NCBI GenBank assembly: GCA_001949185.1 | Contig: BDGG01000010.1 | Coordinates: 1,435,773-1,499,772, forward strand | Direction of reading: 5' to 3' | Source: Ramazzottius varieornatus | Taxonomy: Eukaryota > Animalia > Tardigrada | DNA length: 64,000 nt | Shown here: in pieces, positions 37,001 through 47,800 of the stretch | Numbering within the stretch: the stretch's first letter is position 1 | Layout: each line of letters starts with the position of its first letter | The notes under the pieces: generated by a model | What the model was told of the DNA's origin: nothing | Seen by the model: the letters and a program-made list of their open reading frames with translations, nothing else | Database searches by the model: none | Program-made: the position numbers and the translations under genes

Positions 37001-39207
37001 ACCCGACGACAAGCTCCTATTTTTTTCCTCGAAACCAAGATATCTTCCCCTCCATCCATCAGTATTACCGCTGTCCGGGCAAACCCATCCGGCGACCTCC
37101 GTTCATTTCCATGCAGCGTTTCGTGGAAGAAATTGAGTTCTTCCAGCTGAAACCTCAAGTAGGGAATTAGTCGCATTGAATGTTGTCTTCCCAAATCTTC
37201 GACTTTTCTTCTCTTTCGTGTACCTGCATACAGCATCGCCAGAGTTCGATGTATGGTATGTGTATGCAGATGCATAAAAGTCAGAAACCTTTTGTTCTAT
37301 CAAACACTGATATCAGTTCCTCATTCTTTTGATTCTGTTTTCCTATTTTTTTTCCTCCTTTGTAGTAAGTTCCATGTTTCTGACAACGTTTCAGGTCGTG
37401 ATTGATTTCTTCGGGTCCGAAGGTATCCGGCTCGTTGATGAGAAGGTGCCAAGTGACTCTCGCTTCCGGTACTGGCACATGATCCTGGAACACCCGAAGT
37501 ACAACTGCCTCTCTTACAGCATCATGGTTGTATCCATGATAGTGACCGCTTCCTTCACCATCATGGTCGTCCTCGAGTCCATTCCCAGTCTTCTTGATCC
37601 TTCCTGTTCTACGGCCCTTTCGGCAGCCAACGAGACCACTATCAACTCCACCGGTGTACATAATATCACGCACCGAAGTTCCTTCACCTTCTTCAGTTCC
37701 GCATGTACCGGTGAATTAGCTTTCTTCGTCGTTGAAAGTGTAAGAAGACAACCCTTGAAAATATCTTTGTTTGTCAAATTTTTCAGTGTTCGAGCTTGGT
37801 CTGAATTCCCAGTACCAGTCAGTCACAGTACCAACAAATCTTTCATGCACCTGCATACAGTTGCATCGTGCGAGAATTTTAACAGCATGTGTATGCAGGT
37901 TTTTAAAACTTTATTACATCTTGAACAGTATGCTTCTGGTTTTGAGTCTGTGTCTAATTCTGGCTTCAAACAATCAATCAGCGGTATCTTATCCGTAGGT
38001 TTGTACTTTCTGGTTCCTTCTGGAGCTGACGGCGCGGTTCATTGTCTCCCCATCCAAACGAGCCTTCCTGAAGAGGCCCATGAACTGGGTTGACTTTCTA
38101 GTGATCTGCCCCTACGCGTTCACAATCATCCAATTGACGTCCTACTACTCTTCCGCGGAACACGTTTCTCAGCTGTTCGGGTTCTTCCGGACCATGCGTC
38201 TCATCCGGTTGGTCTCCATCCTGAAGTTCGCGCGGTACTTTAAGCGAATCCAAATGATCTTCGCCATTCTGCACTCGACATGGGCGGAACTGCTCATGTT
38301 GTGCTATTTCATGCTGATCAACTCCATAATTTTCGGAACGGTGGTTTACATCGTTGAGTACCAAGAAGTCGGAAGCTTCAACAGCATTCCACGCGGAATG
38401 TACTGGGCCTGGATAACGATGCTTACCATCGGTTACGGCGATATCATACCGCAGTACGTGGAAATACCCTATCTGCCCTTTTTGTGTAGAATGTTCAATA
38501 AATCGAGCAAAACGAATTTAAAGTTTTTATTCTCGAAGCTCGCCGTCTGGTAAAGTCGTTGGAGCGGCATGCAGTATTCTTGGAATCGTTCTTTGGACAT
38601 TAGTAAGTTATTATTCATTTTACTTCCCGCAGTTCACCGTGTTACGTTGTTTTTTCCTTTCCGTGATAGCCCATGACACTTATCAGCGACCACTTTGCCA
38701 ACTACCGCCGGCTTTACGAAGGTCAAGACTACCTAATGCAGTGCCTTACTCGCATGTACCACCTACGAGACGCCGAGAACAAGTAAGTACTTCCTTCACT
38801 TCCTTTGGTTTAACATACAAAGAGTCACGCTCGAGCTTCAATGTGATGTGCCTTTTAGGCGAGCAAGCAGGAAAGCGGTTCCTGCAGTATCAGAGAACAA
38901 CGAGCATCTGCACGTCCCGGTGGACGGTGTGGACTGGAAGATTGGTAGTCGGGATGTTTCTCCAACAAGTAACACCCGGCCATTGTTGGGAAGATCCAAT
39001 GTGCATTCCCGACCTATGAGTACCATGAGAGGTGCTCATAGTCGGCGTTCCATGACGTCCAGTCATTCACAGATCTTTAACGGTTACGAAGGCAGTGAAC
39101 GGTGTAGAATCTCACGGTTAGAAGTTGATGGGTTGAGTGCTTCCAAAAGCAAGGGTTCCTTTATGACTATCGCAAGTACTCAGACTGATGGACATTCTTT
39201 TGACTAA
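34053..39207 (+). CDS. Divergent Shaker-like voltage-gated K+ channel with two complete T1-S1-S6 repeats in one ORF (~1050 aa, ~17 exons)
   Basis: Repeat 1: T1 (VHFLVGGQSF...HPMTLLGN...VLEYYQTG), S1-S5, pore GMWWAVITMTTVGYGDVVP. Exon 36711-37158 carries the end of S6, a linker and a second T1 (HPSSLLGHPSKRSPYYNPTTSSYFFPRN...IRRPPFISMQRFVEEIEFFQL) without a stop. Repeat 2 has S4 RTMRLIRLVSILKFAR and pore GMYWAWITMLTIGYGDIIP. Stop at 39205-39207. The start exon is less certain. Confidence 0.85.
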
Positions 39208-39234
39208 TTTGGCCTTGGTTTTGTTTCTGGATGT

Positions 39235-40002
39235 TTATTTGCCATGAAGAATGTCGTTCATTGGGTGGCCGTGTCCTCGGTTGTAGCACCAAAGTTGTCT
39301 CTTGACACAAATAAAGAGCATAACATCTAGTGGGAGAGTGAAGAACCAGAGTAGCAGGTAGATGATCAGCCCAACCCGGCCACGGTAAAGCGTGAGCATT
39401 TCGCGGTTCTGGATGACCGCTACGCAGACGTAGAAAATGAGACATAGGGTTCGCCACACCACAAATGGGGGAAAACTAAACAGCGTGGTTTTCAGTAGCT
39501 TTTTATGGTCCTGAAACGGACGATGGTCTGTTAGTTGGTGAGATAATAGGTTCGAAACGAAAGAGGTTTACGAACCTTTAGTAATCCGCACAAGGCTTGG
39601 GCACAAGCGAACAGGAACAGGATGGAGAAGGCCACGTCCATCCAGGAAATGGCTCGTAGTGCCATGAGTAGGATAGGGTAGAATACGTTGGGATTTTCGA
39701 AGTCTCCAGAGAAGGTCCATGTCTGCCACCATCCTACGTTGACTTCGAAAAGAATGTTGGCAATCATTTTCATCTGGATAGAACGAAGATAGTTCATCTC
39801 CCAAGCACAAGGTGAGTATGGCAGACATCATTATGATTACCATTTGAAAGCTGACAAGAGCAATGCAGAACTGGCGAAAAGTGAGGTGGAGCTCACTGTA
39901 TACCCATTTTTCAAAAGATCTCGAACGATTGTTTGCAGTGATACTTCCGGGTATGGTGATGGCAGCGGGCAGATCCATGGCGTTCCTCCCGATACTCTCC
40001 AT
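39235..40002 (-). CDS. Putative orphan multi-pass membrane protein (structure uncertain)
   Basis: Three consecutive minus-strand ORF segments with hydrophobic stretches (FRQFCIALVSFQM; WMDVAFSILFLFACAQALCGLLK then a GT donor; WRTLCLIFYVCVAV; GLIIYLLLWFFTLPLDVMLFICV). Joining them needs a ~43-nt intron or a frameshift near 39800-39840. Confidence 0.45.
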
Positions 40003-40393
40003 CCTGGATTACTGCCAACAGTTATAGACGTAAATACTGGTGGAGGTCTGTGATCCAAAGCGGAGTAGGGTAGAAATGTAGTGCAGCAGCGGACTTCAGT
40101 CATGCTCACTTCCGGGTTGTTGAGCCAATAATTAATCTAATAGGCCGGACCTTGGGTGGCGCCATCTGTTACAACAAATACTCGTTGTGGTACGCGGTCC
40201 GGTGTCTCTTGTCCACGTCAGTGGAACGAGAATAATTTTTATTTCGCTTTTTCATTCCGCACTGCGGATTCCGGATGCTCTTCTGTTTACGTTTCTTGTC
40301 TGAAGTTCAGAACATCTCCTCCGATCTTGATCTGAGTTTCCTGTTCGTTACACTTGGATGGTTGGCTGAACATCTGCTCCAGCGTCAGCAGCC

Positions 40394-41339
40394 ATGGGGG
40401 CTCCAAAATGTCGGGATCTTCTCATCCCGTGCCTGATGCTGCTCACGGTGAGTAGATTGATGACTACGTACGCGGATGATATTATGTACTGTAGATCACA
40501 GATGCAACAAATGGGGAATGCGTCCACGTCCGTGTCCGTATGGTGGTTCCTTTTGGCGATTGAAGAAAAGAATATACAGGTGTCATTGCAGGGTATGGCT
40601 GCTCCGTCGATGTTCACCAGCGCTAGCCCGTCCGCGGAGTACTGTATGGACCTAGGATTCCAGTCCAACAGCCTGTTATGCTCTTCCTGCGACAAGCTGT
40701 CAGACTTCGACCTCGAAGATGAGCTGGGTGAACAGTGTCGTAGCTGCTGCAAGTCCAAGGACGAAAGCAAAGCTGAAGAAGCGCAAGTATGGAAAGACAT
40801 TTCCCTTCTTCGTTTAATGTGAACATACCGTACGGTTGGCATGTTGCAGAAGTTCGCCAGCGCCTCGATCGAAGTATGTGGGTGAAAATTGGGCCGCTAT
40901 CCTCAAGGTCAGTACCGTGTTCGGGATTTTGAACTTCACATGTGTATTGACGCTTTTCGTTGTTACACAGTTGCAGCTTTCGTGAAAAGCGAGAAGGTTA
41001 ACCAGTTCCCGAACTTCGAAGTGAAATACGTTCGTGGGGCAGAACCTGTCGTTAAATTGTACACGTGAGTTCTTCCATCGCTAGATCTGACTTTGTTCTC
41101 CTTGTTTGTTCGAACTCAAACTACGTACTGTCATCGTGGGATACCAGGGAAAGTACTTGGCTAAGGCCGAAAGTTCTTTCGAAGCTTACATCCGGAAGTT
41201 TTGTGGACGTTCGTATTATTGGATGGGATCTTTATCATTCTTATTTCGTAGTGAGGATGGCAACTTGGCCCAAACCCTTGGAATCGAAAAGTGGAACACC
41301 GACACCATCGAGGAGTTCCTTACCGATAAGCTTATGTGA
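40394..41339 (+). CDS. SELENOF: Selenoprotein F (Sep15), with in-frame UGA (Sec) at 40883-40885
   Basis: Signal-like N-terminus; Cys-rich UGGT-binding domain CMDLGFQSNSLLCSSCDKL...CRSCC; IEVCG-TGA-KLGRYPQVAAFVKS (CxU motif); YVRGAEPVVKL; IEKWNTDTIEEFL. Confidence 0.95.
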
Positions 41340-41359
41340 TGTACGAACATAGAAATGAC

Positions 41360-41427
41360 GGTGGATCGCTGTTGTGAAGGCTGCATTGGAAACCTGTGGA
41401 CGGTCCAGCTGGATGTTGCGATTTACC
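41360..41427 (+). promoter_or_regulatory. SECIS element (GUGA-type core) in the SELENOF 3' UTR
   Basis: Helix I GGTGGATCGC (41360-69) pairs with GCGATTTACC (41418-27). Core G-TGAA (41374-78) / GGAT (41411-14). Helix II begins GGCTG/CAGCT. Apical AAA (41390-92) lies 11 nt after the core. Confidence 0.82.
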
Positions 41428-41877
41428 CGAATCTCCGTGTCTCGTGAGTTTTGATTATTCATGGACTTTCTGTTCGAAAGTAACTTTTTACCGTATATAA
41501 CAGCTTAATAATTATACTTCGGCATTCTGGTTTACTTGCAGCTTTTTACTTCTTGTTTGAAATATTGTAATTTGAACGCGTGATTGAAATTTGTATTAAA
41601 CGATATTTTAAAACAAAAAACCCCCGCAAACATAAAATTCATCAAAATCAAATCTTTGCTAAAATAGTGCTTCAGATATGTAGAATGGGGATATTCAACC
41701 AGCAGACAAGATTGGTCACGTTCGATTATGGAAAAATCTTGAGCATACAAATAAATTCAACTATGAGAATCCCAGGTGGCGCTTCCGAGCGTTGTCTCAC
41801 CAACACAGTCGCCGGAAGCGTTTGCGCTAAATGGAAGGGATCGACTGCTGGGTTCTCGATGTTCAGCACTCAAGTCC

Positions 41878-44800
41878 TCACTTTCTTCGGCTGTTGATGA
41901 CAGTCAGGAATAATAACGCGGTGGAGCAAAGGGTCGTCAGCCGGAAGGATGGACCGAGAGGTTCCGCAGAGTTCGTTCGACTCATGGCGACTGGATGCTT
42001 ACCTATAGAACAAAGTACCATAATAGGTCATCCAGATCTCGAACTGAGCAATCATAATTGTGCACAAAAAATCAAATCTAGAAACCAGGCAAACAACTCG
42101 GTAAGATAGTGTTTCCAAGTGGCGCACGCTTCCAGCTACAGCACCGAAAAAGTGCTCCACTTGGGCAAACAGTGCTGTCGAGTTCCCGTTTAGAGCTAAG
42201 GCGTTTGTCTGACACACTTGGAAGTATCTGGACAAAGATTGTACTGGATTCTGCGGCGTTTTGGCTGCAGGTATATTTGCCGGCGTGAAAGGGTTGTGCC
42301 GAGCGGATGAAGAGCCGGCTGAACATGCCGTTGGGGCTTTGAAAGATCTCGATCTGGTGGCCTGATATGACGGAAGCGTCATACTTGAGATGACTCTCGT
42401 TATGATACCATCGGATTATGTTGTTTGTTGGCGTAGGAAAGCTGGACGCCACGTAGCAGGTCAAATTGAGATCTTGCCCGACGTTGGCTTCGCGTGATCC
42501 TTTAATTATTGCACGAGCAACTGAAACGAAAACATGGAACAACAATTTGGCGTACAAAAAAGCCCTATCAGTCACTTCGAAGCACTGCAATCCAAAGACC
42601 CATTCCTCTACGAGTAACTACCGTATTTCGGCTATGCACACAAGGCTGTGGACTGAACGAGGGAACTTGGGTTCGTGCTGCACATCAAACAGTATTACAG
42701 TTTAGTGGTCACCTTCTTCGCCGCTCGTGCGGGGACGAGGCCGGAAGTCTTCAGAATCAGCCTGTAACGGTTGTGCTTCTGCAAAATAAAAGAACAGAAA
42801 GTGTTAGAAAGAAGCGTGCGTTGGTGCTGCACAGCCGGTGAATACACTTGCGGTTTCTAAAGGTACCATTCCACTATAGAAAAAAATATTCTCTCAATTC
42901 TCTTAGTGATCATACTTGCGTCGTGGACAGGGACATGCAAACAAGCATGCAAAGACTTTTGCGGGCAAGCGACATTGAGGGTTTCGGAGCAGAAGAACCA
43001 AGGTACTTGAGACGGACACATAATAGCAGGAAAGGTGCTGGTTGATCATTTGGTATATTACGGTAAAATGGTGCGCGGAGGGGACATGAAAGTATGAACG
43101 GATGTTTCCACTTTGGTCTGGCGTGAACGGCTAATTTTGTGGGGACCTTATATTAGCGCTAGTAATTGCCAATCGCTAAGAGCAATATGTTCTGGCGAAT
43201 GATACCATCAAAAGTCCAGTCACGTGCGTGAGAGTCCCTAGAAGTGGTGGCGCACGTGTGGACATTTGGCGGCGTTTTGGGAAAGTGTAACAGATGTTTG
43301 ACTGCCATCACGACCAGCTCGTTCAATAGTGGACTTATGGCTGCTTAATGACAGGCTGCGGTCAAAAGTTAATATTTACGTCTCTCATCTTCGGGCTACT
43401 TGTATGACTGCATCCCTTATCACGGGACCATCATCGTTCCATCGTAATGGATTACGCTTGACCGGTATCTTGCCATGCGGTATCATACCCCGAAAACCTG
43501 ACTGACCTCCAATAATAGTAAAAATAAAATCTGCGAAGTTTCAGAGCGAAATCTGCAAATAATTTTCCAAAACTTAACGAAGGTTTCCGGAGAAGGCAGC
43601 GTTGAGAGCCAGTAAAAGTTCGACGCTGTTCGGTTTTGACAGATCAATTTGTTTGCACCAATTACAGTACCAAGATGGATGGGACAAGGCTAAAAATGAA
43701 CGAGAAGACAAACGAGGCAAACTGCGAACTAATTGCCGAGTTCGCGTTCCTGACAGGATTAGTCTTGACAGCAAACAAAATTACTGTTGACGGTTTTTGA
43801 AACCTCTCACTTCCAAAATTGAACGCTGTTTTTGTCCTGCTGGAAACACACTGAAAGACCCGCAGAGAATTTAGCCTCAACGTCTCCGAGGTACCGCAGC
43901 CTGTCAGTGAGAACTTCCAGCTGGGTTCACGTACAAACTGTGTTGGACTGGTAGGGGCTGGATCCGGGAAAACATAATGAGCTTCCGGCTAATACCCCAG
44001 ATAGCGCTGGTTTTTTCTTCATAAGTTGGTATTATCGCCGCATGCACACCATGAGGTGGCACACTCTAAGTGGCATCCTAACGCGACTTCTGTAGCCATT
44101 ATGCGATCAGAGACCTACCGATGACTTGGAGAGTAATGTTGCGACCCATTTTCGGGGTGGTCCCGATCTGACATTCATAGCTACCCTCATCAGATGGCCT
44201 GCAAAGCATGAAACATTGCCGAGATAAGAACATAAGCATCTCGTACCGGGATACGATGCAATATTTGAACACCACTTCGCGTACCGGACAGATACTATCC
44301 GGAGCGTCCAGTCGGCAGATCCCGGTATTCGAACGAGACTAAATCTGTTATCAGGAATGAAGACGTCCGTCCCGATAGCCACGATATTAAAATCTCCTCT
44401 GACGTACCGGACCCAAGAGACCTGTTAAGAAAGACGTAAATGTAGCTTCTGCCATTTTGCCACGATCATGAAAACGGATAAACCAATACTTAGGAGCTCG
44501 GCAAACAAATTCGAGCGGATCGTTTTTCCCAAGTGGCGCACGGTTCCAGCTAAACTTATTGGGAAAAGTGTGCCACTTCGGAGAACGATCTGGGCGTCTT
44601 TGCTCGACAAGCTCCCTTTTCCTTCGAAATTTCAGAGGGGAGATTAGATAAAAGCAGGTGATGCTTACTGTATAGTCGCCTTGGTTCTTGATTTTGCAGT
44701 GGAGGAATGCAGCTTGGCCCTTCTCCACCGTCACATTCACCGGGGTGGTGGACTCGAAAGCCGGAGGTTCCTGAGGCACCAGGTTCTCTGCTGGTACGGA

Positions 44801-47800
44801 ATGATGGTTCCCGCTGTGTCTGGTTCCTGTATTGTATCTTCTGTGGTGTTCCTTCGATTCTGTAATCAATAAGGAAGCACAATATTACATACAAGTAAAC
44901 ACATCGCTATCCCTATCCCTATCCGAAGCACGTTTCCCATTTGCATGAAACAAATTAGTGGGCTGTGATTTATGAATTGGTGCACTTGAAATGCGGGAAG
45001 CGCATTGTCCATTCCCGTCATGTGCGATCTGTGGGCTGAACGCTCGCTAAATGAAGCAGAGCCCTTTCTAATTGCATCACCATGCTAATGCATTTCCTAT
45101 ACGCGGAAGAAGAGTCCAAGCGTTTCTTCCTTCGACACACAACGCAACTGTATATGATTAAACGGTGATTATGAGAGTGTTTATGTGTTTGCCCAATGCA
45201 CCAGCGGATCATTCCTAATATTCCTATCAATATCCAATAAAGTATCTGTTAGGAACACTCAATGCTGATATCCTTGCCCAAAGTTATCACATTTCATTTG
45301 CTTAAAAGCTCAGCTTGCTATGACATTATTATGCCTTCTATGCGAGTACACAGAATCTTTGATACGGAAGAACCGAGCAATAGCCTCCGGTCGCCCATCT
45401 CGGATTACAAGTGTATCCATCCAAAGCCGCTTTGACGATTTCCAAAGTGCTTCCCCATCTTGACAGCTAGCTACTGTTGGAGTTTGGCCTATAAAGTACA
45501 CATCACACTAGGAAGGAGTAATGAGACCTATGGTATGCGATATATCGTCCAGACGGTGGTCGATCCTCCTATCCAAAGCTTTGATTTATTCCTGTAAAGT
45601 ATTCCGTTTTATCAAAAACGACCGCTAAAAGAATGGCTCTATAGGCAGTATTGTTCCCCACCATTTGCTCTGAAAGCACCTCTGCTTAGTGGACATAAAA
45701 GACCCGGCGGTCGTTGGCGATGAAGATATAATGGTCCTTGCCTTGTGCCACTCTACGTTGGCTCTAAGGGCCTTTCACTATACAGGAAAATGATTTTTCT
45801 GTTCAAATCCTCGGCAGATTATGGCCAAATATCCCGCCGTTTCAGATCATTCAAACCATTGACATGCTAAAGCGCGAAGTGAAAGGCAAGGCAACGGGAC
45901 AACGCCCTGCCAGCATGACAGTTGACCTCTATATTCTCTCACAATATTCACACGGGAAGCATATACACAAGTGCGCCCATTATCATTTTTAAATCGAAGT
46001 TGACTCCGTTTTGATAAATTCAAAAGACTGCAACTTTCAGACTTGCGACTTTTTCTGATCATTCAGGAAAACGACTTCTCTTTCCGACCAGGAAGTTACT
46101 GTAGGCTCAAGTGATTAATTTCCAGACATAATCTTAGGTCGAAATCTGGTTCCACAGTGAAATTTGCTGGTGCGCAGCTTCACGGGAAACCGTGCGCGAA
46201 TTCATGTGGGCAGCTGATGCGCAAGTTCATCTGGGAAAGCATTGCTCGTTTCGAAGGTCTTCTCGTATGGAAAAAGCAACAGATTCCCAAATGACCGTCC
46301 ATTACACGTATCCCGAGGGAACATACCTCGCCGGCTGTCAGCGTTTTAACGCTCGACTATGCATTACAGTTTTCTGTCTGTCTGGGATAAAAATTTTAAA
46401 AGTGATGAGAGCATGCTGGTTGAAGTCAGAAAGAGCAATAGATACATGTTGACTGTCTACAGACCTATAATTCGTCAGCGATGATTGCGGCATAACAGGG
46501 AGATCTCTGTGTCGACTGGTGGATCAAGACATCAATTTCCTTTTTGGCGCTGTATGACTGCACGGCAAATTAGCATTGCCACCTTGACATCGGGGCTTCT
46601 GCTGGGAGACAAATTACATACCTTAGCAATTCACCAGAATTCAATCAACAGAGCACGTTCGGGCAATGTTACGCTCCCATCATGAAAACAAACGCAACGT
46701 GATTCATGGTGAGAGAAATACTGCAAAACAAGTCTGCGAGTTGTAAACTACTGAAGCTGTCAATGTGCTTTGATGCTCTTCAGTTGACTTTGCTATTTTA
46801 TAGTTCGATCTCATTTCATTTCATTTCAGAAAATACTGTAATGTTTTCGATATTTTTGGCAGCAGGAAGACGGAAGTCATAGAATAACACATGAATTAAT
46901 TTCTGGTGTTGTGAGTAAATCCCCACAGAAGCGCTATGGACTGGTTTTGGAAGAAGGAGGTTCACAAAGGGATACCGTGTATGCAGTTGTGTTTAGTGAA
47001 GCAAGGCGAAACAGTTAAACACTGGGAGCAATCAATTACGGGAGTTTATTTGACAGCCTTTTGTCCTTTGAAAAAGGAATGTTTAAAATGGGAAGGGAAG
47101 TTTGCGTGTAACTTCTGTTCCTTTATGGACATTGTGACAGATTGCAGGACAACCAAACATGCATAACATGCACAGACCCATTGGAGCAATATGGACATTC
47201 CAGTCACAAGATACATCTCATTTGCCCAAAGACGCCAACTTCGCAGTCCCCATCGGTGCCACGCCCAACCGGTACCGGAACAGGGAGGACCCACACAGCA
47301 TCCTGTGCTGCTGTAGAGTGGACATCTCTCGGGAATTACAAATTGGGTTGCTATTCGAGTGTAGTTTATCGGCCATAAACCGAACTTCAACGACTCTCGG
47401 ACTGAACAAGAGAAGGAGACAGTCGGTGGGTCAGAAAAACGGAAGGAAGGAAGAGTCCAATGTTTCCTGTTTAGAAACTTCCCATCGATTTGTCGTGCTG
47501 GTTTCAGAGGAGGAAGTGCGCGACATAAAACAACAGTTTCGCCACCATAACACTATTCTTCTCAAGTTATCCAAGCACAGATTTTCCTTCCAAGAGAAGG
47601 TTTGAATTCTTGAATAGAGGCACTTAACTTTCAGTCCTACGGATAAAGTGGCCAAATTGGTGGTTGAAAAGGATATCACTTCAGGGCAATTTTTTTAATT
47701 GGGTCGATCACTGTTGGTCTAATTTTTTCCCAACGAAGCTACTCAACTTCTTTAACCTCATTTTTCATTCCACATAGCCTCCTATTATTTTTCAACTCTA

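Noticed and set aside
36711-39207. Treating the second Kv unit as a separate adjacent gene
   Set aside because: Its T1 shares an exon and frame with the end of unit 1 S6, and there is no stop or intergenic space between them.
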